DNA from: Eledone cirrhosa
Taxonomy: Eukaryota
DNA: 64,000 bases
Assembly (NCBI GenBank): GCA_964016885.1
Contig: OZ024747.1
Span: forward strand, 28,024,001-28,088,000
Reading direction: 5' to 3'
Made by a program: the position numbers and the translations under genes. Below the pieces are notes generated by a model. The model did not search any database and was not told where the DNA came from. It worked only from the letters and a program-made list of their open reading frames with translations. Position 1 is the first letter of the stretch. The number at the start of each line of letters is the position of its first letter. This document shows positions 55,502 through 64,000 of the stretch, piece by piece.

Positions 55502-56274
55502 ACTCTAAAGTGTCAACCTTTTCAAACAAGCTCAGATTTCATCAATTCTAGTAACCTGTCATTCCCAGGCTATGTTCACCATAGAATGCCTTTCAATTTT
55601 TTTTATTCACTGCCAGACCATGTCTTCCTTGTGTCTCATCTCCTGTTACTTATTCCCCATGGCCCTATGAATCATCAATCACCCCCAAGATGGTTTCTAT
55701 GGAAATTGGACTAAAGCAACACAAAATAAGGTGTCTTGCCACTAGGAATCAAACTCACAACCTTACGATTGTGAGCTAAATACCCTAACCACTAGGTCAC
55801 ACTGCAAGAAACTGTCATACACACATTAGCATTATGAAATTAAAAAAATGGACAGAAGAAAATGTTTTGACAGACAATAAAAACAATATACCACCAGGAA
55901 TCAAACTCATAACCTTACAATCATGAGCTGAATACCCTAACCACTAAACCACACTGCGACAACTCATACACACATTAATACGAAATCAAAAGCCTGACAA
56001 TGAAGAAAACATTCACTAATATGATTGGCTATCTGTCACCTTTTCACTGCGCGCAGACATTCAAATAAATTGACTTATTTCTCTTAGCAAATTATATTTT
56101 TTGACTATTAATAACCAAAAATATTCTTCTTGGGATGCAGGTGTCAAAAAGGAAATTTATTTTTCTCTAGGCCACACTGCATACATAGATGCATACACTC
56201 TCAAATATATAGTGTGTATATATATATGTATGTATGTATATATCTATATATATGTATGTATGTATATATCTATA

Positions 56275-56818
56275 CTGGTTGGCGACTAAACTGGCAACCC
56301 CACCAAGGTTTCTTGGTGAGGAGGGTGACTTTGGACATCCTGCAGGACTAAAAACAAAACCTGTCAAAGGGAAAAGTAGCTCTTAAGAGTCAATGGCCAT
56401 CCAAAATCACCGAGAGATGACCCCTTAGCCTTTGTCAAGGCAGAATTCTAGGAGAAGGAAAACTCTGATATAACACCTGCAACCCTGATGGTATCCAATG
56501 ATGTTGACTTGTTCTTTTTTTTGGTAAATATCATCTTGGTTAAGAGAGTGGAACTGGCTTTGTGCAGTGCCTTTGCTCACTATAAAAGCTTCACGGCACA
56601 GGCATTGCTTTATATCTGGAGATCTCTCTGCACTTGTCGTCACATGGTACCATGGGCCCAGCACTATGTGTCAATAATTGTCACAAGTGTAGTGTTTGTA
56701 CCAGGGTTTTCAAGTCGCTGGCTGGAGTAAAAAGTCACACTCGTTCAGCCCATCGGTAGGAGTTCTCCTACATGGATATAAAGTAGTGGCCATACTCGAA
56801 AACGAGTTGGCAGCCACC
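56275..56818 (+). mobile_element. Short non-autonomous RTE-related element with an RTE-type 3' stem-loop
   Basis: Ends gtggccatactcgaaaacgagttggcagccacc-ATATGT, homologous to the 3' end of the adjacent RTE. No RT coding sequence. Flanked by the same atgtatgtatatatctata motif. Confidence 0.6.
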
Positions 56819-56845
56819 ATATGTATGTATGTATATATCTATATG

Positions 56846-58600
56846 GTTTGGATCTGTATCAGGTTTTTGTTGATCTGACAAAAGCTTTCGATACTGTTAA
56901 CAGAGATGCATTATGGAAGGTTCTCCAGAAACTTGGTTGCCCTGATAAGTTCCTTGCTTTAGTTAGGTCTTTCCATGACGGCATGAAGGCTTGGGTTAAT
57001 GTCGGAGGTAACATGTCGGAGCCTATCTCAGTAAAAAATGGAGTGAAACGGGGATATTCCAGCACCAACCCTGTTTGCCATATACTTTGCAATGGTTTTC
57101 TGTATTGCATTCAGGAATTGCGATCATGGTGTTTACATCCGATATCGAACCTCAGGCAGCATATTTAACATCAGGCGCTTTGCTGCAAAGACAAAAGTAT
57201 TTACATCAATCATAAGAGACCTCTTGTATGCAGATGATTGTGATCTTGTAGCGCACACAGAGAGTGATATGCAGCACATTTTGAATGCATTTTCTGATGC
57301 TTGCACTGCCCTAGGATTGACTGTCAGTCTCAAGAAAACCGTCGTCATGTACCAACCTGCCTCTGGTAAGCAGTACACTGAATCAAATATCTATGTGTAT
57401 GGTAAACGACTTGGAGTGGTTGATCAGTTTGTCTACCTGGGAAGCACTGTCAATCGATACAGCAACCTTGATAGTGAAATCTCACTTAGGATTAGGAAAG
57501 CAAGTGATGCTTTCGGAAAGCTAGAAAGGCGACTCTGGGGTCGGCGAGACATATGCAGGAGGACAAAGGTAAAGATGTACAAGGCATGTATGCTCTCTTG
57601 TCTTCTTTATGCCTGCGCAACCTGGGTCACATATCGACACCACCTTAAGCAATTGGAGCGTTTCCATCAGATGTGTCTCAGACGGATCCATGGCGTTCAC
57701 TGGAGGGACCACATCAGTGATATCGAGATTTTAGAAAGCTCTATGTGTGACAGTATAGAAGCTCTTGTGCTTAAGCAACGACTCCGTTGGAGTGGTCACC
57801 TTGCCGGGATGAAGGATTGTAGAATACCAAAACAACTCTTTTATGGAGAGTTAGTTAAAGGAAAACGACCGCCACATAAACCAAAAATGAGGTATAAGGA
57901 TTCCTTGAAAGACGCTAACATCTCTGCTGATACATGGGAAAATATTGCTGCTGATCGTAATAAATGGAGAAAGACTGTATATGCGGGAAAAGTTTCCTTT
58001 GAGGCATCTCGAATCGCATACGAGAAAGTAAAGCGGGATGTGAGGAAGGGCATTGCTGTTGCACTTCCAGACGGCGAGGGTCCTCCTATGGTGCTGACAT
58101 GCAGCATCTGTGCGAGACTCGGCCTAAGCAAAGCTGGACTCGAAAGTCATCTTCGCAGTCATAAAGTAAGACCAGTGGTTGACTACCAGGCTGCTGTTGG
58201 AGATGCTACTCATCATGCTTGCCAAGCATGTGGTAGAGAATGTAAATCAGCAGGAGGGCTCAAGCGACATGCAAAAGTACATGAACTCCAACCACAGCCG
58301 GCTATTCCCAGTGAATGTTTTGGTTGCCGACTCTGTGCAAGACATTTTAGATCATTGGCTGGGCTAAAAAGCCACACACGATCGCAGCGCTGTTAGTTGC
58401 TATCGTGTGTGTATAGATATGTTTATGTGTGTGCGTGTGTGTATATATATATATATGTATATGTATATTATTATTGTTGTTGTCGTTATTATTATTGTTG
58501 TTATTATTATTGTTATTAATATATGTGTATGTGTGTATATATATATATATATTTTTTTTCTCGTGCAATGGCCATACTCGATAACGAGGGGGCAGCCATC
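56846..58600 (+). mobile_element. 5'-truncated RTE-clade LINE with three C-terminal C2H2-like zinc fingers
   Basis: FVDLTKAFD, YADD, YLGS and RLRWSGH, with a frameshift near 57050. C-terminal CSIC..HLRSH, CQAC..HAKVH and CRLC..HTRSQ. Microsatellite-rich 3' UTR and terminal stem-loop. Confidence 0.92.
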
Positions 58601-59170
58601 ATATATATGTATGTATGTATATATCTATATGTATGTATGTATATATCTATATATATATATATATATATGTATATATCTATATATATATATATATGTATAT
58701 ATCTATATATATGTATATATCTATATATATATATGTATATATCTATATATATATATGTATATATCTATATATATATATGTATATATCTATATATATGTAT
58801 ATATCTATATATATGTATATATCTATATATATGTATATATCTATATATATGTATATATCTATATATATGTATATATCTATATATATGTATATATCTATAT
58901 ATATATATGTATATATCTATATATATGTATGTATATATCTATATATATGTATGTATATATCTATATATATGTATGTATATATCTATATATATGTATGTAT
59001 ATATCTATATATATGTATGTATATATCTATATATATATGTATGTATGTATCTATATATATATGTATGTATATATCTATATATATGTATGTATATATCTAT
59101 ATATATGTATGTATGTATATATCTATATATATGTATGTATGTATATATCTATATATATGTATGTATATAT

Positions 59171-59202
<32 letters not shown>

Positions 59203-59303
59203 GTATATATCTATATGTATGTATGTATGTATATTATATATATGTATGTATATATCTATATATATGTATGTATGTATATATCTATATGTATGTTTGTATA
59301 TAT
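58601..59303. repeat. Compound satellite (ATGTATATATCTATAT)n-type expanded from the RTE tail and target site
   Basis: About 700 bp of variant 16-24 bp units directly after the RTE 3' end. Confidence 0.9.
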
Positions 59304-59791
59304 CTTAAATGTAAGTATGTATGTATACGTACATACATACATATATATATACAGACGTACAGTAGTATGTATATATACACATACATGCGCACATATATAT
59401 ATGTACGTATCGGTTTACCGAACATTTATTATAATGCTCGGTTTGTTTGTTTGTAAACAAACGTTAATATGCATAAGGAAAGTATATACTTTCAGACGTT
59501 CAACCATCTGGCAGGAAGGTGACGTGGTTGCCTAAAAACTGTATGGCGTAATTCGGGCTGTTTGTTTGTAAACAAACAAACAGCCCGAATTACGCCATAC
59601 AGTGTTTAGGCAACCACGTCACCTTTTTGTTCAACACTGACACAGAAACGATGTACTAGTTTCAAGCTTATTAGCTATCGTCAGCATCGTATACCTTCCT
59701 GCCAGATGGTTGAACGTCTGAAAGTATATACTTTCCTTATGCATATTAACGGCTGAGCATTTAAGTAAATGCCGTACTAAGAGTGAGAAAT
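59304..59791. mobile_element. Second, internally rearranged copy of the 53-kb hammerhead-bearing element
   Basis: Shares ggtttaccgaacatttattataatgctcgg, the hammerhead segment and gaaagtatatactttccttatgcatattaa with the 53-kb copy. Contains an internal inverted duplication at about 59462-59570. Confidence 0.8.
59648..59690 (-). ncRNA. Minimal type I hammerhead ribozyme
   Basis: ACGAUG-CUGACGA-U-AGCU-AAUA-AGCU-U-GAAA-CUAG-UA-CAUCGU: perfect 6-bp stem I, GUA cleavage triplet. Confidence 0.78.
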
Positions 59792-60502
59792 GAAATTTCG
59801 TTTCATTCTATTCCATTTATGTATATATCTATATATATATCTATATATATGTATGTATATTTGTACTTATGTATATATATTTATATATAGATACATATAT
59901 ATATGAGTCAGAACCCTGACGGCAGAGTTCCAGCCATTTCGACAGCTAGATCTGAACTAAGTCAGCAGTACTGAACTTATCAAGGGATGCAGTCAAAACA
60001 AAAAAAAAGCAGAAATATCAAGGAAACAATCCTAAAAATTTGTTGTTTTACTTGTCTGCCACAGGGAGTGGTCAATTAATTAGGATATCATGTATATAGT
60101 TAAATTCCTTCATAGCAGCAGGGGCTGAACTGGCCAGTAGAACAGAGGGGAGGGAGTAAGAGGATGGTCTGACCTGTGGGTGCAAAGAGAGAAATCTTTA
60201 TAACATTTATAGAGTCGGGAACCTACAATTCAAAGGGGTAAGGAAGTAAGAAGGTTGAGAGTATAAGTAAATATGCCAAATCTGACCCTTAGCTAAAGAG
60301 CAAAGCATATAGATGTTAATACTAATTCAGTTCCTAATAAAGAAATTTAGTTATCAATTACTCTAATATATATATATCTTGACTCTGTTTTCCTGTGATT
60401 TTCATCGAAAATTTTTGAATGCATCTTCTCTTTTCATGATATTTGGATTACATTGAGTTCTTCATACGGATTGGACACTACCGTATATTTTGGTAGATTT
60501 AT

Positions 60503-60533
<31 letters not shown>

Positions 60534-61435
60534 ATTCAAAATGTTAATAAATGAAAAATATTCTCATAATCAAAATATATATTTTATTATACATATTTCA
60601 AAGGTACTGTGGTATTTAATTACGTTTTCATCAGACAAAATATATGATTTGATATGTGACATACTGCTACGGTTTTGATTATTCAATTCCAGTATTGGCA
60701 TATATATATATGCATGTATGTATATGCTGTTGTTTATCTTACACACAGGATAGCAATTTTATTGTATAGCAATCACTTATCACTAAGTAACACTGTTCTG
60801 GAATGTGGAATATTCTAAAAACACCATTAAATGACTGAATGAGGTATAGTGGTGATCTCAGGAGTTTAAATGTGACATTGTATATTTTAGTGACCCAGAA
60901 GCTATTGTTTCTAACTTCAGCTGAGACAGTGTAATGGCAGACATTTTAGAGCACTGATTCCTAAGTTTCCTGCCTAGGCAAACACTTAGACTCACACGCA
61001 CACACATATTTTTCCTGTTTTATAATATACATATTGACACACATCTTTCACTACATAAATTTATATTCATGCACACGCATACAAACATTCACGTGCACAC
61101 ATGCATATACATCATACATTTCACAACACGCACGTTCAAAATTTTAACGTCTTTTCATTTCACTTAAATTTGCTTCCATATAAGCAAGTCTATCTGATCG
61201 ATTTTTAAATCTCTCATAAAGTTACTTCCTTGATAATGGGTTTTTAAACCCGAAAATATTTGGAATGGTTAAATTTGCTAAGGTGAGATTCTTTTGTTAT
61301 CTTGGCAATTTAACATTCTTCATAACGCATTGTTTTGGTCTTCAAAATTTAAATTTGTGTCTCCTATTAAACAATGCTTCAAGCAAGCTACAAAACTCTG
61401 ATACATATATATATGTGTTGTATATGTAGGTGTGT

Positions 61436-61915
61436 ATCATCATCATTTTTACGTCTGCTTTTCCATGCTTGCATGGGTTGGGCAGGTCCTTCTCAGCAAA
61501 GCATCTCTCCACTCGATACGTTCCTTCATTATCTCCTTTGTGAGTCTTGGCAATTTGAGGTCAGCTCTCACCACCTCCGCCCAGGTCCTCCTTGATCTAC
61601 CTCTGCAGTGACTTCCTTCCACTGACATTTCCTGGCACTTCTTCACTCATTGATCATAATCCATGTACATCACATGTCTGTACCAATACAGTCTTCTCTC
61701 CTGCACACCACTTTGGATTTTTCTTAAACCCAGCTTCTCCCTCAGTTCATCTAAATTCTGCCTTTCTTTTACATTTACATTGCACATGGCTGCTTCATTT
61801 CTCTCCAGTCTACACGTCTTCTGCAGTCACTACCTATATTTCACTACCATGCAGCATCACACTTCACACAGGCATTATATAGTCGTCCTTTTGTATGTAG
61901 GAAGAAACCTTTTAT
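61436..61915 (-). mobile_element. Degenerate RTE LINE 3' fragment
   Basis: KGRLYNACV and RGRSRRTWAEVVRADL, with an acccatgcaagcatggaaaagcagacgt-(GAT)n tail. Confidence 0.75.
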
Positions 61916-61989
61916 TGTGTTTATATGTGGAGTTTCACCTGTGCAGTCACAGGTGGGCAGTGTGGTTTTCACCCTGGATGCAGCACAGC

Positions 61990-62515
61990 CAGCCAAATCT
62001 TCACACTGTGGTAGGTTTTTGAGAAATTGTGGGAGTATTGCCAAGAGGTGGCATACGACTATGTTCCATGGGACATTTTGTGGAAGATTCTGCAGGAGTA
62101 TTTGCTGCCCTGAAGTCTAGTATTTGTGTTCAGATAAATAGCGCTAAGTTGAAACTATTCCATGTGGGTGTCGGTCTCTGCCAAGAGTACTTACTGACAC
62201 CTCTCCTGTACATAATTTTAATTCACAGAATTGACATGCACAGTCAGGCTGGAAGTGATATCAAACTGACAGATGTAGGATCAGTCAGCTGGAATTTGCA
62301 GATATGGTTTTACTTAACTCATCAGAAGGTGATCTTGATGGGTTTGATGCCGAGTGCTGCACAGCTGGAATGAAAATCAGTGTTGCGAAGACTGAGACAC
62401 AAGTCCTCTAAAAGAAGTCAGTGCAGTGCACTCTACATATGAGTGGAGTTCCACTGAAGCAGGTGGAGAAGTTCAAGTATCTCAGGGCCATGTTCACAAG
62501 TAATGGAAAGCATTA
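61990..62515 (+). mobile_element. Degenerate LINE RT fragment (RTE-like)
   Basis: VGVGLCQ..LTPLLYI, GMKISVAKTE and QVEKFKYL remnants. Confidence 0.6.
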
Positions 62516-63679
62516 CTTTATATAGTACTTTATGTAGTAACTGACTACAATATATAGTACATGGTACATTGCATATATAACTAGTATGGTATATATTTCA
62601 CTGGCTTTACTATATATAGTATAAAGTCTGGTGTGTATGTAGCAGTAATTTAAACTGTTGTTCTAATGTTAGCAAAGTAGGTCAGTGTGACCACATATGC
62701 TCACCTCTGGGCAACATGTTGCTCATTTTCCTTTGTTTCAAAATTTGGCATCTCCTGGTCTGGAGATGGAAGTGATTTGCAGTTTATCAGAGATTAACTA
62801 GCTTCTACACATATTCTGCTCTTGTTTCTCAAAAAGAAGACATCATATGGAGTTGCTCTAGCAAGTAGAGAGATGTAGCACTTAGCCAAATATTGTAGCC
62901 CTCTCAACAAGGGCCTGACAGCAATTCTTCCATTGACACTTCAATAACACTCAGTCATCTGCCGCCTCTTCTAGACAACACATTTTCCCTGTCACTGCGC
63001 TTGTATAACACAACCTTACCATAATAGAGTTTACTACTTTCTCTGCTGGTACATACTGTCTGATTACAACTAAGTTATATATGCACAAGTTTGGAGTATG
63101 AATAACATAATTTACAATGTATAGCACCATATATTATACTTTACTAGTACATGACCCACTCACTGTATGTAACACTTGTGTGATCTCTTATTATTACCTT
63201 TGTTCAATAGATGGTATTATTTCTAACAACAAAAGAAGCAAGATAAAATACTTCTGTTCAGAAGACATGACTGCTTTTTTTTTTAAGCCACCAAATAAAT
63301 GCATGCAAGGAATTTTGGTGATCCCTGGAAAGTATATATAACACATTGTGGACAAGCAGGAATGTTGGGGTGTTCTGACATGACATAATTAGTGGGTTCT
63401 CACATGTGTGTGGCTGGGTAACCCTAATTTTTTATGTTTTTGTATCATATCTTGTATTAATTATGATTTTATAATTTTATACTTATTTCATGTTTTAGTC
63501 TTTTGTATAACACTTTTGCCCCTACCCATGTTTTTTTATTTATGTTATATGTATATCTATGATTCAATGTCACATTTACTAACCTTGTCTCTCCTTTTCT
63601 CTGTCTCTCTTTTCTTCCTCGCCTCTGTTTCTCTCCCTCTCCTTCTCTCTGTCTCTCCTCTCCAGAGTTGCAGTCTGTG

Positions 63680-63782
63680 ATGGAAGCCTGTGTGGGTGGT
63701 TTGCTGTTTACCTCCAACTTTGACTCAGGAAACCTTGCTAAGGTAGAGAAAGTGTATAAAGATGATAAAGACTTTTCATCAG
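63680..63782 (+). CDS. AGBL5: Cytosolic carboxypeptidase-like protein 5 (CCP5), first coding exon; gene continues past the window
   Basis: MEACVGGLLFTSNFDSGNLAKVEKV matches the N-terminus of CCP5 as recalled ([25 protein letters not shown]). Long CT-rich acceptor ending at 63665, and CAG|GTAAGC donor. Confidence 0.85.
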
Positions 63783-63836
63783 GTAAGCACGGTTGACCTA
63801 CATACTTACAGTGGCAGTTCATTAAACGTGACCTCT

Positions 63837-63882
<46 letters not shown>

Positions 63883-63939
63883 GAACAAATAAAAGAAAAG
63901 CAAACACAGGGATACAAAAATACAAAGTCTTACTACATA

Positions 63940-63984
<45 letters not shown>

Positions 63985-64000
63985 CAAAGAAAATGTGGGA

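Noticed and set aside
58407-59535. Long ORFs of 261-349 aa (YIYICM-type)
   Set aside because: These are translations of the TA/TG/TC satellite. They are stop-free by composition and have no coding signal.

Overview
AT-rich, microsatellite- and retroelement-dense animal genomic DNA. The repeat landscape suggests a coleoid cephalopod such as Octopus, but that is inference only. Most ORFs in the supplied track are artefacts of simple repeats. Reading splice sites by hand gives one complete 26-exon + strand gene (ATG 871 to TAG 43179, 4917 nt CDS, about 1638 aa, all intron phases compatible). It encodes a vitellogenin-like large lipid transfer protein with a signal peptide, an LLT/Vitellogenin_N region, a DUF1943-like region and no C-terminal VWD domain. 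The first coding exon of a cytosolic carboxypeptidase 5 gene (AGBL5/CCP5) lies at 63680-63782, probably driven by a CCAAT-box promoter and non-coding first exon near 46.0-46.25 kb. Introns and intergenic DNA hold Dong/R4, RTE, CR1 and Penelope-like retroelement remnants, many tRNA-derived SINEs, a Helitron 3' remnant and TTAA-flanked MITEs. The most unusual signals are: (1) several sequence-unrelated fold-back elements whose arms carry divergently oriented minimal hammerhead ribozyme motifs; (2) a CR1 insertion inside the splice acceptor of vitellogenin exon 4, next to a truncated duplicate of that exon that still has an intact acceptor; (3) RTE elements whose 3' UTR carries microsatellites that a Dong element then uses as its target.
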